Assembly (NCBI GenBank): GCA_010015805.1
Contig: ML978128.1
Span: forward strand, 310,001-374,000
DNA length: 64,000 nucleotides
Reading direction: 5' to 3'
From: Rhizodiscina lignyota
Taxonomy: Eukaryota
The notes beneath the pieces were generated by a model. The model ran no database searches. It was given only the letters and a program-made list of their open reading frames with translations, and was not told the origin of the DNA. Both the position numbers and the translations under genes were made by a program. Shown here in pieces: positions 25,762 through 38,562 of the stretch (position 1 is its first letter; each line of letters opens with the position of its first letter).

Positions 25762-28228
25762 ATGGTAGGCAAAAAGTCGGGCAGAGCCCTTCTCAGGGAA
25801 GAAGGTATGCGTTACTACGGCCTCTCAATCGATCGTGAAGTTGATAATACGCAGGGCTCGCGCGAACGGACAATCACCTAGACCTGACAATATGGCCACA
25901 AGTCAACATGATCAATCAAAAGAACTACTATACGTATGTCCTTCGTCCAGAGAACACACCTGTTCGCTCAACAACACCGATGCGTACATGCGCATGTTCC
26001 CCTAACAACCCACCATACATGTATAATCGTAGAATCAATGGCTGATATTGTAATGCAGAGAGTACCTCAAGCGCGACGAGCAATACCTCGCCCTTCGCAC
26101 ACAAGACGAAGAGAGGAAGGAGAGCATGAAAAGGGATGCTATAAACGAAGACAAAGCAAGGTCAGGCATCGATGTCAATGGGAACGTGGTAGACGACGAC
26201 GCCATGCTCCGTGTAGTGGAAGCGCATGGCTCCAAGATCATTGTCATACATCCAGGCAGTCAGAATCTTCGTGTCGGTGTGGCAAACGATGCGCTCCCAA
26301 AGACAGTACCAATGGTCATCGCACGACAGGCGAGGCAGAATGAGAGCGAAGAAAATGGGGGCGAGCCGGAGCCAAAGAGACTCAAGACGGACGATGGTGA
26401 GTGGGAGGAACCGGAGAGAATGTTTGGAGAAGAGGTAAGTCTGCACTGACGACGAGGCTATAAGCACATACTAAGCTTTTCCAGTTTTCAGAGCAATTTC
26501 AGGACATGTCATTCAACTTGAAGCAGCACATGCGTGCCAACAAGCGGCGACTCCTTCCAAACTCGAAGGAACTGGTCGTCAACTACAATAGGAGGACTAC
26601 ACCCGAGACAATATCGGAGCACAACGATCCCCATCGCATTGACTGGACAGAGCTTCCTCCCGATCCTCGGAAAGCTCCTCCATATATATGCGGCCATGCT
26701 GCTCTGCGCATCGCCGAACAGTCGAGGCCACGATACAAGCTATACTGGCCCATTCGCGCCGGTTGTTTGAACGAGAAGGACTACTCTCGGAAAAATGCCG
26801 TATGGGAAGACTTCTTCACAATCATTGAAGAAGCCATCAAAACACAGTTAGGCATCAAGACCCGGAAAGACTTCAAGCAATACAGCTGTGTCTTCGTCAT
26901 TCCAGATCTCTACGAACGGACATACGTCACTACCATCTTAGACACGCTGATGCGCGATTTTGAGTTCAAGCGGGTCTGCTTCATGCAGGAAAGCTTAGCT
27001 GCTACATTCGGTGCTGGATGGTCTGCAGCTTGTATTGTCGATATTGGCGCTCAGAAGACATCGATATGCTGTGTGGACGAGGGCCTGTGCCAGGAAGAGT
27101 CGCGCATCAACATGAAATATGGTGGAGCAGACGTGACAGAGCTCTTCATGAAGATGATGTTATACGATCACTTTCCTTACCAGGAGATCAACTTAAGGCG
27201 ACGATATGACTGGCTTCTAGCGGAAGAGCTAAAGCAGAAGTTCTGCACTGCGAACGAAGCTGAGATCAGCGTCCAGCTCTACGAGTTCCACCTGCGTGCG
27301 AGTGGGCAAGACACGAGGAAGTATACTTTCAAGACGTATGACGAGGTTATGCTCGCACCAATGGTAAGTGCTCTGGCGCAGAAGATGGATCGATCATCGA
27401 TTTGACATGCTTTAGGGTTTCTTCCGCCCAACAATATTCAACAACGTGAACAAGCTCGATGGTCGCCGCAAGCTTATTGATCGCTCGTATGATATCTACG
27501 ACAATTCTCCGAACGACCCAACCTCCACCGCACAAACAACAGTGCTTGAGTTTGCGGAGAAGAATCTCCCTCCGCCAATCAATGGTTCTCAGCCGAATGA
27601 CGCAAGTAATGGCCTCTCTGCGCCAAGCGCAGTCACAGAGAAGCCTGCCATTGACTCAACACCTCGACCCCTCAACATCACTCGCTTGACTGATACTCAC
27701 GAGCCAACTCCTCGATCATCAGCGGCAAATTCACCGCAACCAGAAGGTACCCCGCAACCTGGGCGCGCTTCTCCAGGCCCAGGCGCGGGAGATGCACTTG
27801 GAGGACTCAGTGGCACATCGGCAGATGCTGCAGCTCAGAAGACCGCACAAGCTGAGCACCGTGACCGCATTCTCCCTCTGATGCCGCTCGACGTCGCAAT
27901 CCTCGAATCTGCCCGCCAGGGCCATCGAGGCGATGATCGAAAGGCGCGTGACTTCTACGGTGGCATTCTGCTCGTTGGTGGAGGGGCCAAGTTCCCATAC
28001 TTCACGAGCATGCTTGAAGAGAGGCTAAGAGGACTGCTCCCTGGCTATCCAAAGGAGATTCTGATTGGCGAAGTGCCAAGAGAGCTGGATCCGATGTTGG
28101 TTGTGTGGAAGGGCGGAAGCGTATTCGGAAGACTCAGCTCGAGTGGCAATGATAGCTGGGTGCATCAGAGAGAATACAATTTCCTGGGCAGCAAGCTGCT
28201 GGCACAGAAGTGCATGTGGAATTGGTGA
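25762..28228 (+). CDS. arp8: INO80 complex actin-related protein Arp8
   Basis: MVGKKSGRALLREEG..INQKNYYTEYLKRD, IVIHPGSQNLRVG, CVFVIPDLY, IVDIGAQKTSICCVD, WKGGSVFG. Four introns. Confidence 0.95.
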
Positions 28229-28534
28229 AAGAGTGTACGGAGTAAAGGCGGCGCCGATTTAGGATATCAAAAGGCTCGTGACTCAACACAAATCTTGTAC
28301 ACAACTATTACTAGAGATTTATAGTAAAGTTTATTATTGAATCTTCTTCGACCTCACATTTGTTGTTCCAATTTCCTCTCTTAGCGAATCCCAGCCAGCC
28401 AGCCCTATATTTCTTGGCACTAGCCTTTCGACATCCGCAATTCTTTTGCGACGCGACCCTTTCACGCAACTTCATTCTCACTTCGCCGCGCGCTGAACAA
28501 CAAACGCGAGAGAAACCGAAAGCATTCGTCCAAG

Positions 28535-30006
28535 ATGACGTCTTCGGCAGCGCGACCAGATCGCGGCTACCACCAGGACTACATTGCGCGCATTCGTTAC
28601 TCGAATGCTCTACCTCCACCACCGAATCCTCCAAAGCTCCTCGACATTCCAAACACTGGCCTCGCAAGCGGACAGTACACATCTGCTGGTTTTGCGTCGC
28701 GTCTTCATCGTGAACAGCCTCTCAATATTGAAGCGGATGCTGAGATGGGAATGCACATTGACCTCGTCGGCATTCCTGGAGTGTTCGAGGGAGACGAATC
28801 TGGTGCGTACAATCCTTTCTTAAAGAAATTGCAATCCAAACTGGAAGACCATGTATCTCATGTTCTCTTGTAGCCATCAATCCGTCCACGGACGTAGTAA
28901 TTCCTCCTCAGGACCGAGCGCTTCTCCGCCCACTTGCATCTCTCGGCAAACCCACCTCCAGCACAGCCGGTATCTCCTTCCTGCGGCGCACTGAATACCT
29001 CACGTCCTTATCTCACACTAAGCCTCATAATGCCTCGGCCGCGTCCGGGCTGCGTAATAATAAAGCACCGCAACGGAAGAAGCGGGTGGACGCCAACAAG
29101 GAGGAACCTCTCCAGATTGCGAAGGGTATCGTGAAAGGTTTCGACGTCGCATACCCAGCCGACGCGTACACTGGGCCTGATGATGGTACACACATTCGTG
29201 GTGCAGAGATTACAACGGCAGAGAAGGAAGCCTGGGCACGACCCCGGCATCCAAGGAAAGGCGACGCCGTGCGGCTTGTCGATTCTTACCCACTGCTACC
29301 AGACTGGGACGCGATACCGCAAACTCAGGATGGCGTGCCGTCTGCATTCGCGACCTTCAAATTCATCACGAACCCGACTGGAAAGACCGACTCCTACGAC
29401 GAGCGACTGGACGTTGCGATTTTGAGGCAGAGAAACGAGCTTCCTGAAGAGGAACGTGCCATTATGGCTGAGAGGAACGCTGCCTACGAGAAGGATCCGG
29501 TGAACAACGACAGATATCTACCCAAAGCCGAATACACGTTCTTCTTGCCAGATGAAAGCACAAACGTCAGAGGAGTTAAGAGGAAGTTCGACGTCTTCGA
29601 TCCAGAGAAGGACGATGATGCACTGTACGGGACAACAGGAGACGACGACGACCTTGGTCTTGGCGAAGAGAAGACGAGCTTCAGATACAATAACATCAGA
29701 ATCTACTCGACTTACCAACAACGTGTCAACTTGGAGGACCCTTACGAGTGTGTCGCGATTGCGTTGCACGATCCCGAGGACGAATCAAGGCTGGAGAAGG
29801 GGGCTTACTTCTACCCCATCGCGCAACAGAGCAACATCAGGCAGAAGGGTAAGAAATTCGATATGATCAAGCAGAGACCGGCGGACGAAGGAGAGGAGCA
29901 AGAGGAGGACAAGTGGGATGGCATTGACATCAAGGTCAGAGACCTCGATGAAGAGGAACAGGAGCAGTTGGTTGATGAGAGGGCAGCGTATGATGCCACA
30001 GAGTAA
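28535..30006 (+). CDS. paf1: RNA polymerase II-associated factor Paf1
   Basis: HQDYIARIRYSNALPPPPNPPKLL, EMGMHIDLVG, VSF-like ISFLRRTEY, acidic C-terminus. Intron 28803-28873. Confidence 0.93.
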
Positions 30007-30160
30007 AGTTCTGCCTTGATTCGAGGTCTTCTTCCATGCATTTAGCGTGGCGTTTGTTTCCGCTGCAGTTTGGATGCTCTTTTTGCGGGCAGCTTAGCAA
30101 ATTGGAGAGCTGAGCTAATGTCAAATTTTGCTTTCCGAATTCGTTATTGCTGCATTCATT

Positions 30161-31781
30161 TTATACATCCTCGCCCCACTCATACTGCACCTTCGACCCT
30201 TCCGATGGCTCACCCTCATCTGCATCGTCATCGTCATCTTCCTGCCCGAGAGGTAGTAGTTCCCCGCCCATTAAAGTCACAACATCCATCTCAGTCACCG
30301 GCGTCTGACGTGGCCGTCTACCGTGCTCCGGAACCTTCGTCTTCAAGAACATTGCCAGCAAGCCAATATCATAGATGACTTTCAACACTGCACCGATCAC
30401 GAAGCCAACCCACCACTTCTTTCGATCGATAAGGACACCCGTAATCAGCGGACCTGCAGCCTGCCCTAGTGTCTTTACGAGGTTGATGGTTCCCATGACG
30501 GCTGTCCGCTCTTCGGGGAGAAATACGGCGGCCACGAAGGCAGATCGAGGCGCTTGGTCCATCGAATTGAACGCAGCGCGAAGTATGATGAGGACGGCAA
30601 GGGCGAACCAGGATTGTGCGAGGGGAATAAAGCCAAGTAAGATTGCGCCTGGTAAGTGGGTAAAGACCATAGCTTTGACAAGGCCAATCCGCCGTGCTAC
30701 AGAGGCGGAGAAGAGGTTTGAGATGGAAGAGGCGAACCACATTGCTGCCATAATATTACCCAATCGATGATGCACAAAATATCGGAACTGTTCATGTCAG
30801 TGTCTCGAGAGGTCACCAGATGCAATGACACTTACACGCCAATTCGTGTACATCGACATAAGCGTCACCGGCAGCATACCGGATGCGAAAGCATTAACGG
30901 CGAATAGCATGCAGAGCTTAATAAGTATACCCTTGCTTTCCTTTGACAGCTTTGTCTTCAGCGGCTTGGACGCCATTTCGAGTGCTGACACTGTCGTCTT
31001 CGCAACCGACGACCTTCTACCCTGCAGTAGCGTTGTACTTTCGCTCTCCATTGTCTCTTCAGGCTGTATATCGGCCTCGCATGCTTCGGTCAGGCACAGC
31101 GTCAGTATGGCCTTTATCACTCCGATAGCCGCGTACATCCAGAAGATGTGAGGGAATGCGGCGCTCCATTTCACATCCCATATTGTACGGATTGCGTAGG
31201 CGAGCCAGCCGCTCGCTGCGAGACCGCAGGCCATGCCAAAGGTGGATAGGACCGCATACCACGCGTAAATATCAGTGCGGGTTTCGATCGGGGAGAGTTG
31301 GGCGAGGATTGATTCCTATAATATGGTCAGTACCGACGCGAAGTTCGTGATGTGTATCTTCTACCTCTACAGCACGGAAAGGCCCAACTTCATGAGCGCC
31401 TGGACTGATGACGCCAATGATGGCGGCGAGCACGAGGAGCCAGTACATCCTCGTCAACGCGAACACCGTCCCAGAAAATGCCATGAGGAGCGATCCAACG
31501 AAGAGGACACGCCGCCGGCCAATCTTATCAGCAGCTAATGTGAGCAGAAAGCTTATTGCGGCATCCCCAAGTAAAGTCAAGGTCATGAAGGTGCCGATTT
31601 GCTGGCCTTTGACGCCGTTGGTCCAGAGGAAGATCGCGAGGATGAGAGCTACTGCTCCGTACGCGAACATTCGGAGAAAGCGACATAGTAGGATCAGATG
31701 TGTGTCTCTATCCGCGTGGAAGAGAGTTTTGAAACCAATCTCTCGGTTGACCCATTGAAGGGCCGGTCCGAAGAAGGCCAT
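30161..31781 (-). CDS. MFS transporter
   Basis: Motif A-like ADKIGRRRVL and ARRIGLVKAMVFTHLP, plus MDQAPRSAFVAAV. Introns 31316-31364 and 30788-30835. Confidence 0.9.
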
Positions 31782-32936
31782 ATTGAGGATTGATATTGAT
31801 AATCAGTGGAGCTTCAGCTTAATATTGAGAACTGAGACAAAAATCAATAGACACAGGACCCCTAAATTTCGAAATATACATGAAATACACCAGGTAACAG
31901 AATGTACGAAAAGATGCTGAAGTTGGAAAGAAGCTTTCCCATCACACGTGGGAAATAAACCGCATTTTGGGAAATGGGAGCCTGCCGATAAGGCAGGATT
32001 TCGACCGTGAGGGGCACTTCCTGTGCTAGGTAAGCGCTGTCTGCTTTCCAGACCATCATCCAGTTGTCATGACTGCTGTTCTCGGCGTTGTGAGAGGTTC
32101 TTCGAGAAGCTTGGTGGAGGGGGGCACATATGCAAGTCGACGATCGGGCAAGCTTCCCGAGTGTATGAGTGGTGCGAACGGATAAAACTCCGCCGTTTGA
32201 CGGATGGAAACGGCAGTATTTATGCCGGAGATACCGTATGTACAGGCATAACCTCGAATGTCTGTTGGCGATATTTTAGTGGTGTTTCGGTTTGAAAAGC
32301 ATGAATATGCAATAATGGCGGACATGAGCAATCGCTGAATCAACATAGAATTTTCAAGTAAAATTTACGACACTACCGCTTTCGCGTCGCCTTTATACAA
32401 GTAGGTAATGCAGAAAGCTTCCAATCCACGGCTCATTTCGAACTCTATCCTCGCTTGTCCGAACGAGGAAAACGGAGCGTTCCAGAGCCGACGATGGCCA
32501 ATACAAGACTTCTACAACCACCCTCAATTCAAAGGCAAGTCGAACATCAAGTTGTAGGTGAAGATTAGAAGCTGTAAAGATGTATAGATGTTTTCCTTGG
32601 CATAGGCTGTTCACATGTTTCACCATAGGAGTATCGAATGGGGGGCTCAGGGGTCAGAGCGTTTATCTGGAAAGATACGGCTTATCATCGACGTCGTTTA
32701 TTGCCCTTTACCGCTCTGAAACAACCCTTTTAAGCTTATCCAACGCAGGGATCACTTCTTTTCAGAACCCTTTTCAAATAAGCAAGCTGTCTTCAGTCGA
32801 GTTTGCCTGTGTCCGCGGTCGATCTTGCTGACGTGTGACGCGTCTTGAACATAGCGATCCCTATAGAAATCTATCTTTCACACTCTCTTTCACTCCCATT
32901 TAGCCCCGGAGTCGCTCCACGATATGTTCCATCGAA

Positions 32937-34689
32937 ATGGAAGAAGATAATGATGGCTCCAGCCATGAACTACATCCGCTCAGGCTCGCATCCCTTGGGT
33001 CAAGGAGTAGTGACAGCTTCGAAAAATCGCCGAGACAATCAGAAGAAGACGCGACTTCTCCAAGAGTCATTTCAGACCGCAACGTAGAGAACGATGTGCT
33101 CCCCGAAACAGCAGCCCAGGGCCGGAATCTAGGCTGGTACAGCGCCTATATCATCATCATGTCTTCGGTCATCGGAAGTGGGATCTTTGCAACCCCAGGC
33201 ACAATCGTCAACTCTGTCGGAAGCATAGGCTTAAGTCTAGTCCTCTGGGTCCTAGGTGCCATCGTTTCATGGGCTGGACTGGCTGTTTATCTTGAGTACG
33301 GCTGCATGCTACCACGATCTGGAGGTTCGTGATGTCCTCGGACTGGTTTCTGATGCTTCAGCTTACCCCTTAAAGGAGACAAGGTCTATCTCGAATTCAC
33401 GTATCGTCGACCGCGCTTCTTTGCTTCCACTGTATTTGCAGTGGTCGCAGTGCTCATGGGCTTCACAGCGAGCAATTGCATCATCTTTGGAGAGTACGTA
33501 GATTTCGCGTTAAGCACTGAGGCACATCCGGCACTTCGGAAATGGCTGTCAGTGGGCCTGCTCACAGCTGTAACTATCATGCATGGATGTTTCTACAAGG
33601 CAGGCATCCTCGTGCAGAATACGGTCGGGTGGATGAAGGTCGGCTCGATTGCGTTAATGGTTCTCGCCAGCTTCTTCGTGGTACTCTTTGGTTCCCATCA
33701 AGACTCCACCACTACTTCGCCTTCCGACAAGTCTTCTTGGAGCATTTTATGGCAAGGATCGAATTGGAACTGGGGCGTTGTTTCCATGGGCTTTTTGGAG
33801 GTCCTCTACACCTACGGCGGACTCGAGACGGTCAATTCCGTCATGAACGAAGTTAAAGATCCAGTCAAGACGCTCAAGTCGGCGGCACCGGCGGCGTTGG
33901 TCTCCATAGCGGTACTCTACATCCTGATCAATGTCGCAATATTCTCGGTCGTTCCGATCGACGAAATCAAGCGGGACGCAGAGTTGGCGGGAGCATTGTT
34001 CTTCGAGCGCACATTCGGCTCGACCGTCGGGAAAGTGTTTTTGCCTCTCATGGTGGCATTCTCAGCATCTGGAAATGTGATGGTCGCCACTTTCGCCCTT
34101 GGTCGTCTCAATCAAGAAATTGCGAGGCAAGGTTTCTTACCATTTGGGCGAATTCTGGCCTCGAACAGGCCATTCAATGCACCTCTAGCCGCATTGATTG
34201 TTCACCTCATCCCATCGATCCTGGTGATTACCATTCCAAGCGGGAACGTCTACAAGTTCATTCTGGATGTTCAGGGGTACCCTTTCCAGATCCTGACGGT
34301 TGCGATATCAGGCGGATTGATTTTGCTGCGGTTCAAACGACCCGATCTAGCACGTCCATATAGAGCGTGGATCCCTGCAGTTTGGTTCAAAATTGCTCTT
34401 TCTTTCGCATTTCTCGTCGCTCCTTTAGTGCCTCGCGAGAGCAAAGACGGAGAGTCGTGGATTTCGCAAATTAGTTATGCTCTGGTCGGCATTGCAATGT
34501 AAGTCTGCCGTCATCTGAATCCGGCCAAAGCTAACGAACTTCAGCTTCGCTTTCGCCGTCCTGTATTGGTACGTTTGGACAATCCTCTTGCCAAGAATTA
34601 AAGGGTATGAGCTTGAGGAGATTGTTGAAATGCTAGAGGACGGAACGACCATATCGAAACTCGTGAAAGTTCCAAAGCGTGTAAAATAG
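32937..34689 (+). CDS. LAT-family amino-acid permease (Mup1/Mup3 methionine permease-like)
   Basis: IGSGIFATPG, EYGCMLPRSGGDKVYLE, YGGLE..NEVKDP, RLNQEIARQG. Introns 33325-33375 and 34499-34544. Confidence 0.9.
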
Positions 34690-34834
34690 AATTTAATCAT
34701 ACACCATGCAAGCTAGACCAAACCAAGGCTCAAGGCCACAACATGTATTAGTATCGCATGTACTCCGTAACGTCCGAGCCACGTTTTCCTGTTCTAACTC
34801 GTCAAACCCAGAGCCAGGAGATAATCAGTTAGTT

Positions 34835-35347
34835 TCATTTTCCGGACTTTGACTTCTTCGTCTCCTTGCTCCCTCGCTCTTCGTCCGCTTTTCTTTTCTC
34901 CGCAACTCTTGAGCTCTTCCTTGTTCCCTCCTGCGTTGGCTTCCTCGCCGCTTTCGACCTCTTCGGCTTCATTTCTCCATTGATCTTATCCGAAGCCTTT
35001 TTCGAAGTGTTCGCTTTTGGCTTATTCGTCTCCTTTCCCGAATCTTTCATTTCCTTCTCCTTCTTGCCATCGCTCTTCGGTTCAGGGGCGCCTTTCTTCG
35101 GCTCATTCTTTGATCCAGGATCGTTCTCATAGCTACCGCCTTTCTCTTCGTATTTCTGTGATAGCTTCGTGGCCTGCAATCGAGTTAGCGATGTTTGGAT
35201 GAGGTCCAATTCCGCAGTGTGGAAACATACCTTCCAAGCTGACCATTGCCCCTTTCCGCCCCCGTCTTTATTCGTCTCGTTCTTGATGTCCTCCTTGATT
35301 TTTTCCCGGAGGTTTGGGTCCGTCGGGTTTCCTTTCGATGATGGCAT
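34835..35347 (-). CDS. Small Lys-rich protein, DUF5872-like
   Basis: TDPNLREKIKE..GGGKGQWSAWKATKLSQKYEEKGGSY after removing the in-frame intron 35174-35230 (GTATGT..CTAAC..CAG); basic low-complexity tail. Confidence 0.75.
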   Translation of the reverse strand: MPSSKGNPTDPNLREKIKEDIKNETNKDGGGKGQWSAWKVCFHTAELDLIQTSLTRLQATKLSQKYEEKGGSYENDPGSKNEPKKGAPEPKSDGKKEKEMKDSGKETNKPKANTSKKASDKINGEMKPKRSKAARKPTQEGTRKSSRVAEKRKADEERGSKETKKSKSGK

Positions 35348-36396
35348 TTTCGATGAGCGCGCAGCACGAAAAGCGAGTTGCTTGTTAGCTGTATTTCACG
35401 AGGTTTGTCGCGCGAAAGCCTAATCCTCGCGAGAGCATACACAAAGATGCATTCCTGCGGTCTAAATTTAAATTGTCCCGACGCAGGTACGCCTCATGAC
35501 CTCATGACTTTTGTGGTGGACCGACAACCAGCTCAGTCGAGGCTTCTTCCACCAAACTGTACATAACTCACTCGTGCCATATAGGATCACAGAATGTTAT
35601 TAAGGTCCAAATGATTGAGACAAACAAAATATAAAAATCGGGTTGCACGATTTGATGCCAAGATCTTTCAAAACGCGACGAACTCACGATATCACGTGTC
35701 AAAAGGTTAACCTCACTTCATCCTTTCCCTGAGATTCAGACAGCTCTTGATTGACGCCTCGGATAGAGAAATCGCGACAACATGACAGTCGGACGAACCT
35801 CTGGTGTCCATGAGACTCGACGTTTCTGTTTGATGAATGATCGGCCTTAACCTCATCTAATATCGTAACCACTACCGTAACCTTCTCCAAGCGGCCGCCT
35901 CTTCTCCCGACTCGCCCCCATCACTCCAAGCCGAGCACTTCATCGAATTCCAGATGGGAGATGCGAATGCACATGTGCATATCGCCTCCGTCGAAAGAGG
36001 CACTGGATGAACGATTTCAAGCAAGGATCCCTCCCCACGTGTGATGTTCATTGGTTCCTGGGTGTGCCCCTGCAGCTTGCTTTTTGGCGACTAAAAGCAG
36101 GCTTAAGCAAGCTCCACCAGCCAATTCTTGGATATCACCAAACATATCGACGAAACAGAGCATGGCCTTTGTTAAACAGCGCTTGCCATCCCTTGGAGGG
36201 ACAATGGTGTCGGCCTGTCGGTGCGCGATGACCACAGCGGCGCTATTTACTACCCTCCAGGTTCGCCTCGTACACGCGTAAGTGTTTCAATAAAGGCTCT
36301 ATATACAGTGCACCAAAGGTAGGCTTCATGGTGGGTGGGCGACTCTGTTCCCGAGTAAGCTGTTCTGACGAGATTTCTATCGTTTTCATTGTAATC

Positions 36397-38040
36397 ATGG
36401 CCTTCGTTTTAGCATTTCCGTTCAAAATATACTTCCTGCTCCTCACTTTTACTTCGTGTACACTTGCTGCCGCAGTAGCAGTCAATGTTCGCGCATTGGA
36501 CGCATATGCGCCTGTTTCTGCGACATGCCCTTCCGGCTCTCTCGTTCGCCCAGCTACAGGCCTCTCCTCGTCAGAAACTAGCTATATAGCAAGTCGAAAG
36601 CCGAAGGCATCTTCCTCCCTCTCCAGCTGGCTCAAGAAGACCAATTCCGGGTTCAGCACGACCAATCTTCCAACACTGGTCTTGACCACCAGCGGTGGCG
36701 GCTACCGCTCACTGCTATCTAGTGCCGGTGTCGTTCAGGGCCTAGACGCCCGAGACAGCAATGTAGGGACGAGCGGAGTCTATCAGGGCCTTACATACCA
36801 CGCCGGTCTTTCTGGTGGTGGATGGTTGCTATCTTCCATCGCTGGGAACAACTATCCCACAGTGACCAATCTCAAGACTACATTGTGGGAAACAGCATTT
36901 CAGGACAGCTTGCTTTTGCCAGACAATATCCTTGCCGCAGCAGCCCTGACACAGATCACCCTTGACATTACCGCGAAGGAAGCCGCCGGGTTCAATATTT
37001 CCCTGACTGATCCGTATGGACGACTCCTTTCTTACCAACTACTCAAAGGAACAGACGGTGGCGTTGCGACGCGTATGTCGTCGATCACAGGATTCTCAAA
37101 CTTTACCAGCTTCAATGCTCCGTATCCGATTATCAGCTCATTGGGCGTGAAGACCTGGGAAGGAGAGTGCCAGCCTGGCCCTAACGCCACGCAGTATGAA
37201 TTTCACCCGTACGAATTCGGCTCTTGGGATTCTGGTGTTTCTGCATTCATCAAGACTCCGTACCTGGGCACCTCTCTGAATAATGGAGCTCCAACTGGAA
37301 GCAGTTGCACGATGAATTTCGATAATCTAGGATTTATTCTCGGTACTTCGTCGAACTTGTTCAACACCATTTGCAAGGCCCCTCCGAGTGGAACGTCAAA
37401 CTACACCGAAGTGCTGACGGAGATCCTTGACAAGCTTGAAGAGGTGACAACGGAAGACCTCTACGCTCTGTATCGAAACCCGTTCCGAGGCTACTCACGA
37501 TCTAGTCTCGTCTCTGCCCAGTCTGAACTGCATCTCGTGGATGGTGGAGAGGCATTGCAGAACAATCCAATCTGGCCATTCATCCAGAGCACCAAGCGCG
37601 CAGACGTGCTCATTGTCAATGACAACTCCGCAGACACGAGCAATAACTTTCCCAACGGCTCGGAGATTCTGACGACCTATGTGCAAGCGCAAGCTACTGG
37701 TCTATCTCGGATGCCATTCATTCCCTCAGTCGACACGTTCATATCTCAAGGTCTCAACAAGCGAGCCACATTCTTCGGCTGCGATGACAATAGCCAGCTT
37801 ACCATAATTTATCTCCCGAACACAGCATACACATACAACAGTGGACAGAGCACTGCGAAGTTGGAGTACACTGTGGCGGAGACTGACGCGATGATTGCGA
37901 ATGGCGTGCAGATTGCGACTCAGAACGGTACGTCAGGTTGGCCAACATGTCTTGGGTGTGCGATTGTGAAGAAAACGGGTGGAACGCTACCATCTGCTTG
38001 CACTGCGTGCTTTAATAAGTATTGCTATAGGCAATCGTAG
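36397..38040 (+). CDS. Secreted lysophospholipase / phospholipase B (PLA2c domain)
   Basis: Signal peptide; YAPVSATCP; catalytic motifs SGGGYRS, GLSGG, VDGGE; terminal CLGCA..CTACFNKYCY. Intronless, with no GPI tail. Confidence 0.93.
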   Translation: MAFVLAFPFKIYFLLLTFTSCTLAAAVAVNVRALDAYAPVSATCPSGSLVRPATGLSSSETSYIASRKPKASSSLSSWLKKTNSGFSTTNLPTLVLTTSGGGYRSLLSSAGVVQGLDARDSNVGTSGVYQGLTYHAGLSGGGWLLSSIAGNNYPTVTNLKTTLWETAFQDSLLLPDNILAAAALTQITLDITAKEAAGFNISLTDPYGRLLSYQLLKGTDGGVATRMSSITGFSNFTSFNAPYPIISSLGVKTWEGECQPGPNATQYEFHPYEFGSWDSGVSAFIKTPYLGTSLNNGAPTGSSCTMNFDNLGFILGTSSNLFNTICKAPPSGTSNYTEVLTEILDKLEEVTTEDLYALYRNPFRGYSRSSLVSAQSELHLVDGGEALQNNPIWPFIQSTKRADVLIVNDNSADTSNNFPNGSEILTTYVQAQATGLSRMPFIPSVDTFISQGLNKRATFFGCDDNSQLTIIYLPNTAYTYNSGQSTAKLEYTVAETDAMIANGVQIATQNGTSGWPTCLGCAIVKKTGGTLPSACTACFNKYCYRQS

Positions 38041-38562
38041 TCCCTAAGGTTTGCTTTCATAAGTTGTCGGAGAAAGACTTTTTACTTAGTACATATGAGC
38101 AATGATCTGTAGAAAATACATAATAATAACAACATTATAAGACAAATACACAGACCACATTAATGAAACTTATCCATGATTGGCGTGCTCGTTTAAAGCC
38201 ACCGCAGCAGCCGAATGAAGGAGCTATTAGGAATCTCGGGAACGACAGCATCACCGGGAAATCGAGTAGCTCTAGGGGCCTAAAGCACCTAAAGTTGGGT
38301 ACCATGACATCCACGTCCGTCGCTCCCGGGTGCCAGCCCTCGGGAGTTCGGAAACCTGTGCACTGTTCTAAATTAGGAAAGCGCTCTGGCCCCTTAAACA
38401 ACGTCATCCTGGTCGGCACGACCGCAGCTCCACCTCGAAAGCTAGACCCTCGAGATTCGACCTCAGCCTCAAGCTCATGAATGTTTGCCTAGCCTCACCT
38501 CTCTTTCTCTTTCATATCCCCCTTTAACATCATCGACCTCTTTCACCTCCCTCGCCTCGAAA

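Noticed and set aside
25934..26058. Second CTAAC..TAG inside arp8 intron 2 (possible stwintron or alternative acceptor)
   Set aside because: Using the inner acceptor gives an immediate TGA, and no split donor is regenerated.
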